Source: Candidatus Eremiobacteria bacterium (GTDB taxonomy: Bacteria > Vulcanimicrobiota > Vulcanimicrobiia > Vulcanimicrobiales > Vulcanimicrobiaceae). Taken from it: 64,000 nucleotides of DNA. Under the pieces are notes generated by a model. It searched no databases and was not told where the DNA came from. It was given only the letters and a program-made list of their open reading frames with translations. Numbering within the stretch: position 1 is the first letter of the stretch; each line of letters starts with the position of its first letter. Both the position numbers and the translations under genes were made by a program. The stretch lies in NCBI GenBank assembly GCA_963758295.1, contig CAVWUU010000003.1, positions 160,001-224,000 on the forward strand, in the 5' to 3' direction. Below, one piece after another: positions 50,646-60,448 of this stretch.

Positions 50646-50674
50646 ACTATAGTGCGAACAGGTGTTCGATTCAA
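50646..50674 (-). promoter_or_regulatory. Sigma70 promoter with a Gram-positive-type LexA (SOS) box in the spacer
   Basis: TTGAAT-N17-TATAGT on the minus strand; CGAACAGGTGTTCG (GAAC-N4-GTTC) at 50655-50668; ATG 6 nt after the -10. Confidence 0.8.
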
Positions 50675-50742
50675 GACCCTTGGCGGAGATTCGAAACGCC
50701 GCCTGTAACCACTGACGCGCACGGAGGTTAGTAGAGAGCAGT

Positions 50743-51408
50743 ATGGCTTACCGCTTCCCACCCAACACATACGGCCGGCCCATGCCGGCTGTTGCGCCGC
50801 AGAGCTTGCTCGGCCAGGTGCTCGGTATCACCGCACTCGGCTTATGCGTGTCGGCGCTCGCAATCTACCTGTTCCGCGACAGCGTCGGAAGCGTCGCCGG
50901 CTTGGTCGCGATGCTAATCGGCTTCGGCCTGCTCCTCGCGATCAACGCAACGCGAGCCAACCCGGTCCTTTCGCTGATGCTCTTTTACGCATTCGCGTTT
51001 GCCGAAGGCATCGGCATAACGCCCATTGTCTCGTACTACCTGCATATCGCGCCCAGCGTCGTCTACAACGCGGCCCTTACGACGGGCCTCGGAATGTTCG
51101 CGCTCGGTGCCATCGTCTACGCGACCGGTCTGGATCTGCGGCGCTTCCAAGGCATTTTCATGATTGCGCTGCTTGGGTTGATCGTGGTCGGCATCATCTC
51201 GGTCTTCGTGCATTTCATTGCGCCGACCACGTACTCATACCTCACGCTCATCATCTTTGCGGGCTTCACGCTCATCGATTTTGCCCGTTTGCGTGCAGGC
51301 GGCGACTACTATACGCCCGTGCAACTTGCGACCCAGATCTACTTAGATGTGGTGAATATCTTCCTCGCCTTGCTACAAATCTTCGGAAGCCGGCGTTCTG
51401 ACGACTAA
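50743..51408 (+). CDS. Bax inhibitor-1/YccA family membrane protein
   Basis: About 7 TM segments; C-terminal QIYLDVVNIFL.LL.IF. Confidence 0.9.
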   Translation: MAYRFPPNTYGRPMPAVAPQSLLGQVLGITALGLCVSALAIYLFRDSVGSVAGLVAMLIGFGLLLAINATRANPVLSLMLFYAFAFAEGIGITPIVSYYLHIAPSVVYNAALTTGLGMFALGAIVYATGLDLRRFQGIFMIALLGLIVVGIISVFVHFIAPTTYSYLTLIIFAGFTLIDFARLRAGGDYYTPVQLATQIYLDVVNIFLALLQIFGSRRSDD

Positions 51409-51456
51409 AAGCCGAAGCCGGAACGCCTCTCAAGCTGTTAGAATGAAGAAGAAACC

Positions 51457-52827
51457 ATGTGCGGGATAACGGGAATCTTTTCACCGGGGCGTGACGCGGC
51501 ACGCCTCGCGTATTTTGGGCTCTACGCGTTGCAGCACCGGGGCCAGGAATCGGCCGGTATTGCTGCAGCCGATGGAGGCACCATCCGCTCGCACAAAGAC
51601 ATGGGCCTCATCGGAGCGATCTTTGACGAAGAAAGTCTCACCGCGCTCGGCGGCCACATTTCAATCGGCCATACCCGGTACTCAACGACCGGTTCGTCGA
51701 TCGTCGTAAACGCTCAGCCGCTTCTGGAGCGGACCGAGCTCGGTGATTTTGCCTTCGCGCATAACGGCAACATCACCAATACCGACGAGATGCGTGCCTC
51801 GCTCGCGCCCAGCACGACACTTCAGGCCACCTCGGACTCCGAAGTAATGGCCAAGACGCTCGTCGAGGCTCGCGGATCGATGCTCGACCGGATCCGTCAG
51901 GTCCTCAGCGTGGCCCGGGGCGCATACTCGATCGTCCTCTGCACCGAAGATGAGCTCTTCGCATTCCGTGATCCGTGGGGCGTGCGTCCGCTATGCATCG
52001 GCACTTTCGGCGACGGCGGCTACGCGGTCGCTTCCGAATCGTGCGCATTGCCGACGATCGGCGCCCAGTACTTGCGTGAAATAGAAGCGGGCGAAATCGT
52101 CCGCATTACCGCGCAGGGGCTGGAGTCGTTCAAGACGCCGACCGACAACGCCCGGCCGGCGCTCTGCATGTTCGAATACATTTATTTCGCGCGGCCCGAC
52201 TCGAGTTTAAATGGCCGCTCGATCTACATGGCGCGCTACGAGATGGGACGTCAACTTGCAAAAGAGCATCCTATCGACGCAGACGTCGTCATGGCTGTTC
52301 CGGATTCCGCCGTTCCCGGCGGCATCGGCTATGCCGCACAAAGCGGCTTGCCGTACGTCGAGGGACTGATCAAGAACCGCTACATCGGCCGGACGTTCAT
52401 CAGCCCGGATCAGGGCATGCGTTCGCGAGGCGTGCAACTGAAGTTCAATCCCGTCGTAGAGAACCTCAAGGGTCAGCGTGTCGTGGTGGTGGATGACTCG
52501 ATCGTTCGCGGCACGACTACTCCGCGCATCGTTTCGCTACTGCGCGAAGCCGGCGCGAAAGAAGTTCACCTGCGCATCACTTCGCCGCCGATCAAGCACC
52601 CGTGCTATCTCGGCGTCGACATGGCAACGTACGACGAACTCATCGCGGCAAATTACACGGTCGAGGAAATTCGCCAAAAGACGGGCGCCGATTCTCTGGG
52701 CTATTTGAGTCTTGAGGGACTAATAGAAGCTAGCGGAAGAAAGGGCGGGGAGATGTGTCTCGGCTGCCTTACCGGCGAATACCCGAACGTCCCCGCCTCG
52801 CATGAAAAGCGCGTTCTAGCGGTTTGA
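51457..52827 (+). CDS. purF: Amidophosphoribosyltransferase
   Basis: MCGI, LQHRGQE, GHTRYST, FEYIYFARPDS, VVDDSIVRGTT. Confidence 0.97.
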   Translation: MCGITGIFSPGRDAARLAYFGLYALQHRGQESAGIAAADGGTIRSHKDMGLIGAIFDEESLTALGGHISIGHTRYSTTGSSIVVNAQPLLERTELGDFAFAHNGNITNTDEMRASLAPSTTLQATSDSEVMAKTLVEARGSMLDRIRQVLSVARGAYSIVLCTEDELFAFRDPWGVRPLCIGTFGDGGYAVASESCALPTIGAQYLREIEAGEIVRITAQGLESFKTPTDNARPALCMFEYIYFARPDSSLNGRSIYMARYEMGRQLAKEHPIDADVVMAVPDSAVPGGIGYAAQSGLPYVEGLIKNRYIGRTFISPDQGMRSRGVQLKFNPVVENLKGQRVVVVDDSIVRGTTTPRIVSLLREAGAKEVHLRITSPPIKHPCYLGVDMATYDELIAANYTVEEIRQKTGADSLGYLSLEGLIEASGRKGGEMCLGCLTGEYPNVPASHEKRVLAV

Positions 52828-53472
52828 TTGCTTCCCGTGACGCACGTAGCGCACGTGTGTGGCCCGGGGACCATCGAGAACCTTGTCAATGCGGAACTGG
52901 GGCGCGGGCTCGTTTAAGTTCTCGAACAGACGCCTCCCGCCGCCGAACAACACGGGCGCCAAGGCGATTTCCAGCTCGTCAACGACACCAAGATTGAGGT
53001 ACTGCTGAATTACCTCCGCTCCACCCGCGATGCGAACGTCGCGGATGCCCGCCGATTCTCGAGCGAGTTTTAGCGCGCGCTCCGGTCCGTCATTGACGAA
53101 GTAAAACGTCGTCCCGCCGGGACGCACCCACGGTTCGCGTTTCTCATGGGTCAGAACGTATACCGGTGTGTGAAACGGAGCGTCTTCCGGCCAGGAACGC
53201 TCGCCTTGGTCGAACATTCGCTTGCCCATAATGTTTGCGCCGATGCGCTCCGTGGTGCTACGAACCAGGTCGTTGACCGGGCCCGTCTCTCCGCCTGGAC
53301 CGAAGTTGAGGTTCTCGCGGAAGTACTGGAGATTGATCAGCCAGCCCATCAGCGCACCCCACTTGGATCCCCAGTCCTTGTACTGAGGCTCGTCCCAATT
53401 TTCGATGGTCATTCCGTCCGGTGACGTGTAGCCATCGAGGCTAAGTCCGATATTGACGAATACTTTGCTCAT
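52816..53472 (-). CDS. Dihydrofolate reductase / RibD C-terminal family protein
   Basis: SLDGY, IMGKRMF, VYVLTH, IAGGA, APVLFGGG..LF. Confidence 0.85.
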   Translation of the reverse strand: MSKVFVNIGLSLDGYTSPDGMTIENWDEPQYKDWGSKWGALMGWLINLQYFRENLNFGPGGETGPVNDLVRSTTERIGANIMGKRMFDQGERSWPEDAPFHTPVYVLTHEKREPWVRPGGTTFYFVNDGPERALKLARESAGIRDVRIAGGAEVIQQYLNLGVVDELEIALAPVLFGGGRRLFENLNEPAPQFRIDKVLDGPRATHVRYVRHGKQSNR

Positions 53473-53641
53473 GAAGTTCCTCTCGCATGTTCGGGTGCCG
53501 GCCTAACGAATTTTCCACACGGAGAAGCGCAACGGGAACGCGCGCAAGGCTACCTCGTGAAAATAAACTTCGCGATGATTGAATCGTGGCCGCTTTGATG
53601 CGGATCCAAAGCAGTCCTATAAGACCGTCTGACGTTACGCG

Positions 53642-55085
53642 TTAGCGGACGATGTAAGGGCGTAGATCGATCGCATGGCCGGCGAGATCGCTGCCGGCTG
53701 AAGGTTCGAGCGTGATCGTGTGCGTGCCCGGCGTTTTCCAGCGCCAAGCGAAGAAGACGGAGTCGCCGTCGGGCATCGAGTAATTCTGCCAGAGCCCGGT
53801 TTGATCGAACGTTTCGACGCCATCGATAAGCACGTGAACGTGCGCGTTTTGGCAAGCTTGGGCGAGCGTGCCCATAAGTGCGATTCCGGATCCTTTGACG
53901 GTAATGGTCGCCGGCAGCGTTGTAAGCGCCGGCGCGACGTAGAAGTCGCTCCAAGCATCGGTCGTCAAGACTTGCGCGTACGGATCGAGCGAGGCCGCCG
54001 CGATCTCGAGCGCCAGGCCACCATTACTTTCCCAAATCGACGCCCGCTGTTGCGCCGGGCCGTCGAAGAATCGTGCGAACGTACCGTCGGAAGCGCGTGC
54101 GGAAAGCGCCGCTTCGGCGTTGCGCACGACCCACGCTTCCGCAAATGATTCGTGGTTTGCGGCCAGTTCGTACATCGCTTCGACCAGCGGCTCGACGACG
54201 TCGTTTTCGCCTTGCACGTTTGCGAAAATTCCGCGCTCGTCGGAAAGGTTGGTGTCTACGGCATGCGCCGTCGCTAGCGCTTGATCGTAGAACTCGCGAT
54301 TCCCGGTGATCTGCGAGAGCGCAATGCCGTTCCAGATCATGTCGCCGTTGACGGAGGCGAAGAAGCGGTGCGGCTGTTGAACGCACGACTGGCCGTCGTC
54401 GCGTACGTGCACCGTGTATAGCGGCGTATCGGCGTCCAGATAATACTCGCGCGCGGAGGCGTACCGGCTTAGCGCCGCATCGAGGTACGTGTGATCTTGT
54501 GTTGCGCGATAGAGCAGGATCCCGGCCTTGACGGCGTTGGCTTCCGTTTCGAGCGACTTCACGAAGTAGATCGACGGCTGCGGGTGTTGATAGCGAATGC
54601 CCGGGCAGGCTCCCGTAGCAAAAGTCTTCGATCGTTCGACGAAGGCGTAAGCCGCTTTGGCGCGTTCGAGAGCCTGCGGGTCGTCGAGAACTTGGTACTC
54701 GCGCATGAACGTGACCGCATCCCATTCGGGCGTGTCACTCCACGTCGAACAGCCTTGGTCGCCGCAGGTGGGATAGTGAGGACCAGCGTCCAGCAAGCGA
54801 GCGACAACGAGCTTAACTTGCGGATCGTGCGTTGTCTTCCAACGAAGGTAGAGTGCGTCCGTGGCCGAGTCTACGCCCCAGTCGCTATTGGCTTCGCGGC
54901 ACTCCACGTCGTTACAGGCGCGCCAGCGTCCGTCGCCGGCGTAGAACACATTCAGCAGCGTAGTTGTCGCATGAACGCCTGCTTGGGCGAAGCTCACGGG
55001 CTCGCTCGCGCCGGGCATACCGAAAGCAACCCGCAACAAAGAACAGGGCTAGTGCAAACGCGCAAAAGCGACTCCGGGAAGTCAT
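53642..55085 (-). CDS. Secreted glycoside hydrolase family 76-like protein (probable frameshift near 55035)
   Basis: Signal-like MTSRSRFCAFALALFFVAG, then an (alpha/alpha)-type repeat pattern (LLYRATQD.TYL..A; L.QITG..EFY.QA) and a C-terminal beta domain. Confidence 0.6.
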
Positions 55086-55155
55086 TCAATCAATTATCGG
55101 TTTGTGTCGCAAAGCGCGTAACTTGCCCGCCCTGCGAAGAGAACTAGCGCGTGGT

Positions 55156-55794
55156 TTATCGCTCGTAGAGCGTTGTCGAGCGTTCGTCGAGGTTTTCCCA
55201 GCCGGTGCGATGGAGTTCGGGCACGGAGGAATGTTCTTGTGCATGGCCGACGCACAGATAGGCGACCAATTGCCAGGACTCCGGCACCTCGAGGGTGCGC
55301 GTGACCGCGTGCGGCTCGAGAATCGAAACCCAGCCGACGCCGATGCCGCGCGCGCGTGCTGCCAGCCAGAACGTATAGATCGACATCGCGACGGAATACG
55401 CCAGCGTCTCGGGCATGGTGCGCCGTCCGAGGCCTTTGCCGGTTTCCGTTTCCGCATCGCAGAAGACCGCGATGTGCACCGGCGCTTCACGCAGTCCTGA
55501 AAGCTTCAGGTTCGCATAGCGCGCCGCGTCGTCGCCGTTGTAGCCGCTCAGTGCCCGGGCGTTCGCGCGTTCGAACGAAGTCTTCACGAGATCGCGGCGT
55601 TCCGGTGTGTTGACCATCACGAAACGCCACGGCTGCGAATATCCGACCGAAGGCGAATGCGTCGCTTCGCGAACCAGCTCCTCGACCGTTTCGCGTGCGA
55701 TGGGATCGCGCCGGAAATGGCGCACGTCGCGGCGCCACGCGAATAGCTGCGAAAGCCGTTCGCGGAACGCTTCGTCAAAGTCCGGTTCCTTCAC
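55156..55794 (-). CDS. bluB: 5,6-dimethylbenzimidazole synthase
   Basis: WRRDVRHF, PSVGYSQPWRF, LKLSGLREAP, LGRRTMPE, GVGWVSI. Confidence 0.93.
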   Translation of the reverse strand: MKEPDFDEAFRERLSQLFAWRRDVRHFRRDPIARETVEELVREATHSPSVGYSQPWRFVMVNTPERRDLVKTSFERANARALSGYNGDDAARYANLKLSGLREAPVHIAVFCDAETETGKGLGRRTMPETLAYSVAMSIYTFWLAARARGIGVGWVSILEPHAVTRTLEVPESWQLVAYLCVGHAQEHSSVPELHRTGWENLDERSTTLYER

Positions 55795-56624
55795 GACTCG
55801 GGGAAATGTTTCTCCCGAACGGCGTCGGCGTAGTCACGCAACGCTTCGGTCGCCACGCGCCCTACTTCGGCGAATCGCTTTGCAAAGCGCGGTGAATGAG
55901 GATACATGCCGAGCGCGTCGTGCAGCACGAGGACCTGCGCATCGCAGTACGGGCCGGAGCCAATCCCGATCGTAAGAATAGAAAGCTGCTCGGTGAGTTC
56001 GCGTGCGATTTCGAAATCGACGACTTCCAGCACGATGGCGTATGCGCCGGCGTCCTGCACGGCAAGCGCATCATCGAGAAGGCGGTCGCGATTCGTGCGC
56101 ATCTTATAGCCCGGACCCATGCCGGCTGTTTGCGGTGTGATGCCGATGTGACCGACGACCGGAATACCGGCCGCCGTAATCGCTCGAATACGAGCTGCTT
56201 CGTGTTTGCCGCCTTCGAGTTTCACGGAAGTTGCGCCGGCTTCTTTTACCAGACGAATTGCGTTGCCGAGCGCGTCGCCGTCGCTGACTTGATACGAGCC
56301 GAACGGCATGTCGCAAACAATATGTGCGCGGCCCGTGCCCCGCATCACCGCTTGAGCGTGATGAATCATTTGTTCCATCGTCACGGGCGTCGTCTCGTCG
56401 AAGCCGAGAACGACGTTGCCAAGACTATCGCCGACGAGGATCCAATCGATGCCGGCCTCCTCGGCAAAGCGAGCGAATGCCGCGTCGTATGCCGTGATCA
56501 TCGGGACCGTGGAGAGACCTTTACGGCGCTTGATTGCGCCTGCAGTTACGCGGCGTAGTGCCGGCGCCTTCGCCGGCTCGTAGGGGCGTGAGTCATCTTT
56601 GACCCCCTTGATCGTGCTCGCCAT
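55791..56624 (-). CDS. panB: 3-methyl-2-oxobutanoate hydroxymethyltransferase
   Basis: MITAYD, LVGDSLG, DMPFGSY, VKLEGG, GHIGITPQ, TIGIGSG..CDAQVLV. Confidence 0.96.
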   Translation of the reverse strand: MASTIKGVKDDSRPYEPAKAPALRRVTAGAIKRRKGLSTVPMITAYDAAFARFAEEAGIDWILVGDSLGNVVLGFDETTPVTMEQMIHHAQAVMRGTGRAHIVCDMPFGSYQVSDGDALGNAIRLVKEAGATSVKLEGGKHEAARIRAITAAGIPVVGHIGITPQTAGMGPGYKMRTNRDRLLDDALAVQDAGAYAIVLEVVDFEIARELTEQLSILTIGIGSGPYCDAQVLVLHDALGMYPHSPRFAKRFAEVGRVATEALRDYADAVREKHFPES

Positions 56625-56685
56625 AATGGTTGCTCGCTTCTCCGCTGTGGCGAAAAATGCCCGCACCCGCGGGTACTATGAAGAT

Positions 56686-56928
56686 ATGAAAGACAGCAAA
56701 AGCGACCATACTATCAGCGGTCAGATCGAACGCGGAGTCAAGGACGTGCGCGACGGCGCGCATGAAGTGATGCATCGCTCGACGGCTGAAGCCGAACACA
56801 CTCGCCGGGAAACGGAAGGCGATACGATGACGCCGGGAGAGAAAGTCGCCTCGGGCGTGAACGAAGCGAAGAATCGCGTTGAGGCGGAAGGCGACAAAGC
56901 CAAACGCAACGTCCGCGATAACACGTAG
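56686..56928 (+). CDS. Small hydrophilic stress-type protein (CsbD/LEA-like composition)
   Basis: MKDSKSDHTISGQIERGVKDVRD...EAKNRVEAEGDKAKRNVRDNT; preceded by GCGGGTAC-N9-ATG. Confidence 0.7.
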   Translation: MKDSKSDHTISGQIERGVKDVRDGAHEVMHRSTAEAEHTRRETEGDTMTPGEKVASGVNEAKNRVEAEGDKAKRNVRDNT

Positions 56929-56929
56929 C

Positions 56930-57754
56930 CTAAGCCGAAGGCAGAGCTTGCGCGCGCTCCCATGCGAGGAGCGCGCGTTTGCGTTCCTGACCCCAACGAT
57001 ATCCGCTCATCGCGCCGCTTTGCGCGATGACGCGATGACATGGAATTAGAAACGCGACCGGATTGCTACCGACCGCCGTCCCAACAGCGCGCGCACCGGT
57101 CGCCATCGAAAGCGATTGAGCAAGGCGGCCGTACGTCGTCACGGCTCCGGGCGCAATTCCGAGCAGCGCGTTCCAAACACGCAATTGGAAATTCGTTCCG
57201 CGTACGTGGAGTGGAATCGTTGAATTCGAGCGTTCGCCGAAAACTTCTCGGACGATCGACTCGGCAGCGTGGTCATCCCGGCGATAACCTGCGTTCGGAA
57301 GGCCTGCCGTTTGCGGATCGAAATGCGGCTTAGCAACGAAATGGAGCATGCAAATGCCGCGCGGCGTGCGCCCTGCGAGCATCAAGCCGAACGGCGTCTG
57401 CGCGAACCCGTAGGTGATCTCGAGCGCCGCGCCGCCCGATTTATACTCGCCCGGCGACATCGCTTCGATGGATACGAAATGATCGTGCAAACGCGCGGGG
57501 CTCGAGAGACCGACGTCGAGCGAGGCGTCGAGGACCGTCGCATCTTTATCGAGCAGAGCCTTCGCGCTTTCGACGGTAAGCGCGGCGAGAAACTGTTTCG
57601 GCGTGACGCCCGCGTACCGGCGAAAGGTGCGTTGAAAATGGAACGCGCTCAGTCCTACCTGCCCGGCGATCTCTTCGAGCGGCGGCTGGTCTGCGGCGTG
57701 TTCGACGATAAACTCGATGGCGTCGGCGACGCGGCTGTAATCGGTGTCGGTCAT
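56930..57754 (-). CDS. ada: AraC-HTH / O6-methylguanine-DNA methyltransferase
   Basis: LSAFHFQRTF...GVTPKQF, GTNFQ..VW, ARAVG.A...NP...IPCHRV. Confidence 0.88.
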   Translation of the reverse strand: MTDTDYSRVADAIEFIVEHAADQPPLEEIAGQVGLSAFHFQRTFRRYAGVTPKQFLAALTVESAKALLDKDATVLDASLDVGLSSPARLHDHFVSIEAMSPGEYKSGGAALEITYGFAQTPFGLMLAGRTPRGICMLHFVAKPHFDPQTAGLPNAGYRRDDHAAESIVREVFGERSNSTIPLHVRGTNFQLRVWNALLGIAPGAVTTYGRLAQSLSMATGARAVGTAVGSNPVAFLIPCHRVIAQSGAMSGYRWGQERKRALLAWERAQALPSA

Positions 57755-57801
57755 GGCCTCTTTATTCTACGTTCGGGACGCCGTCAGGGCCCACCCGGAA
57801 C

Positions 57802-60444
57802 TTGCTTCACTGCCGGAGGCGGGCGGGAAAGCCCGTCGCGAGCGGGTATGTTGCCACCAGGAGGTCCCTTACTATCCTGACCGCCCGTGTGGTTCGCTCG
57901 CGAATCAACGAACGTTTCGCCCGCGCCAATCGCTACCCAGTCACGTTGATCGTGGCGCCGGCCGGGTTTGGCAAGACGGTAGCACTTCGCGACTACCTCG
58001 CCTCGTCCGGCGCGGACGCCGCGTCTTACGACGTGCGTCCGGAACATGCTACGCTGACGTCTTTCGCGCGCGGCTTGGCTACGGCGGCTGCGCCGCTGGT
58101 CCCCGACGCGCCGGCGGCTTTCGCGCTTTTGCAGCAACGGTTGCTCGGCGAAGAAGATCAGCTTGGCGTGCTGACCGATTGGTTCGTGGAACACTTCAAA
58201 GACGTTTTCGGAACGGTCGTCATCGACGATCTCCATTATGCGATGGAAGACCAGCGCACCGTTCCGTTTCTCGTTTCGCTAATCGAACGCACGTCCGGAC
58301 GATTGAAGTGGATTCTATCGTCACGCAATGACGCAGGCTTACCCATCGCTTCTTGGCTCGCCTACGGGCGCATCGACGTTCCGGTTCGCGAAGAAGATTT
58401 GCGCTTCTCCCGCGACGAGGCGGTGAGCGTCACGTCTGGTGAAGGCGTCGACGATCGCGAGATTGAGGCGCTGCGATCCTTGACCGGCGGCTGGCCGGTG
58501 GCGCTTACCCTTGCGTTGCATTCGCGAACGCATGCCTCGGACTTAGCAGGCATAGCGACAGGCACGCGAGACTTGTTGTATCGCTATTTGGCCGAGCAAA
58601 TCTTCAATGGCTTGGACGAACGGTCGCAGTCGATTTTGCTTCAAACGAGTGTGGCAGGCGCCTTTGGATTATCGCTCACCGAAGCGCTTGGCATCCGGCG
58701 TGTAGAGGTAGACCAGCTGCGCTCGGCCGTCGGATTTCTCACCGAAACCGCTCCGGGCGCCTATCGCTATCACGATCTGTTCCGCGAGTTCTTGGAAGCG
58801 CAACTTCACGCGGCCGGCGCTACGCAATGGCGCAACGTTTGTGAAACCGTTGCGGGCGCGCTTCGCGCACAAGGCGAGGACGTCGCCGCGTTGCGCCTCT
58901 ACACACGCGCCGCATGCGCCGGCGGCATCATCGAGATTCTGCAGCGAAACGGCACGGCACTTTTCGAACGGGGCGAAGGCGAAGCCCTGAGCGAAGCACT
59001 GGCGAGTCTCAACGGATCGCAGCGTTTGGACGCCTCGGTTCTGGGCGTAAAAGCGATGCTAGAAGCGGCGCGCGGGCATTTCGAGCTTGCCGAGCGCGAC
59101 TTTCTCGACGCGATCGACCGCGCACAAGATGGCAAGCTTCGCCTTACCCTCGTTCATCGCTACGCCATCGAGTTGATCCGGCACGAGCGTAATGCCATTA
59201 CGCTGCTCGAGCCATACGTTCGCGACGCGACGCTCCCGCCCAATCTGCGCGTGCCGATGCTGGCGACGTTCGCTACGGCGCTAGCGCGCGCGAACCGGCT
59301 CGACGAAGCAGCGCTCAACATCACGGCCGGAATCAACGCGATCGACGGCAGCGTAAACGACGACGCCCGCGCGCGATTTTACCAGCAGGCCGCGTTCGTG
59401 CACCATTTGATGTCCTCGCGCGGCCACGCTTGGAATTACGCGAATCTTGCAATCGAACTGGCGGTGAAAGACGGTCTTTACGAAGTAGCCGCTCGCGCGT
59501 ATAGCGTCCTCTACACGATCGTGTACGACGACGAAGACGATCCGCTTGAAAGCCTGATTCTGCTCGATCGCCTTATCGAATGCGCACGAAAGGGCGGTAG
59601 CGTGCAAACGCGCTTGTATGGGCTAATGGCGTCCTTCGAAATTCAAGCGGAACGCGGCGACGATTTTGCGATCGAACGCCTCGAACACGAAATGGAACGC
59701 ACCGCCGGCACGCTCATGCAAACGCGCGCCGAGACGCTCCTGCCGGCGCGCGCAATGCGCTCGGCATCCGAGGGCGACTTCCAGCATGCCTTCGCCTTGC
59801 TCGACGGCACCGGCGAATCGCAGTCGAATCCGGAACGGCGCGCGCTTCGCGAATCGGAAATCGCCCTTTACGCTTACGCAACCGGACAAACGGCGGATGC
59901 AGAAGCAGCGCACGCCCGGTCGTCTGCGGCGCTCGCGCAATGTCAAAACGTGACACGCAGAACGACGCGCACGCGGGTGATGCTCGCCCTTTGCGAATTG
60001 ATTCGGGGTCATTCGTCGGCGGCGCACCGCTTCTTAAGCGAAGCCGAACGGGCCGGCTCGATCAGGTCGCGTCGTTTGCGCTCGCTCGTGACGGCTGCGC
60101 GCGCGTTATACCGGCGTACCCTGGATCAAGTCGACGCCGAAGACGTCGAAGCCGCGTTGGAGCGCTTGCGAACCGATCAATTCGGCGGAATCGCGCGCAT
60201 GCTCGAAGCGTTGCCGTTGGCACCGGAAGGACAGCACGGCGGTTATGCGTTGCTCACGCCGTCCGAACGGCGCATTTTGAGCGCGCTTGCGCGCGGCGGG
60301 ACGTCGAAGGACATCGGTACGGCGAGCGGGCGCAGCGCGCAAACCGTCGACACGCACATTCGCTCCATTTGCCGCAAGCTGAAGTGCAGCGGAAGGCGTG
60401 AAGCGGTCGCGTTAGCAATTCGGTCCGGCTGGGTAGAGACGTAG
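57802..60444 (+). CDS. MalT-like (STAND) ATPase-LuxR transcriptional regulator; true start probably at about 57870-57890
   Basis: APAGFGKT, VVIDDLH, TGGWP, YRYHDLF, and a C-terminal LTPSE...TVDTHI.SI.RKL LuxR HTH. Confidence 0.88.
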   Translation: MLHCRRRAGKPVASGYVATRRSLTILTARVVRSRINERFARANRYPVTLIVAPAGFGKTVALRDYLASSGADAASYDVRPEHATLTSFARGLATAAAPLVPDAPAAFALLQQRLLGEEDQLGVLTDWFVEHFKDVFGTVVIDDLHYAMEDQRTVPFLVSLIERTSGRLKWILSSRNDAGLPIASWLAYGRIDVPVREEDLRFSRDEAVSVTSGEGVDDREIEALRSLTGGWPVALTLALHSRTHASDLAGIATGTRDLLYRYLAEQIFNGLDERSQSILLQTSVAGAFGLSLTEALGIRRVEVDQLRSAVGFLTETAPGAYRYHDLFREFLEAQLHAAGATQWRNVCETVAGALRAQGEDVAALRLYTRAACAGGIIEILQRNGTALFERGEGEALSEALASLNGSQRLDASVLGVKAMLEAARGHFELAERDFLDAIDRAQDGKLRLTLVHRYAIELIRHERNAITLLEPYVRDATLPPNLRVPMLATFATALARANRLDEAALNITAGINAIDGSVNDDARARFYQQAAFVHHLMSSRGHAWNYANLAIELAVKDGLYEVAARAYSVLYTIVYDDEDDPLESLILLDRLIECARKGGSVQTRLYGLMASFEIQAERGDDFAIERLEHEMERTAGTLMQTRAETLLPARAMRSASEGDFQHAFALLDGTGESQSNPERRALRESEIALYAYATGQTADAEAAHARSSAALAQCQNVTRRTTRTRVMLALCELIRGHSSAAHRFLSEAERAGSIRSRRLRSLVTAARALYRRTLDQVDAEDVEAALERLRTDQFGGIARMLEALPLAPEGQHGGYALLTPSERRILSALARGGTSKDIGTASGRSAQTVDTHIRSICRKLKCSGRREAVALAIRSGWVET

Positions 60445-60448
60445 CCGT

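Noticed and set aside
52816..55085. DHFR-like and GH76-like genes as a mobile island
   Set aside because: No transposase, integrase, terminal repeat or target duplication is visible.
55790..56690. Cobalamin riboswitch for bluB
   Set aside because: bluB overlaps the panB stop, and the short region upstream of panB has no B12-box.
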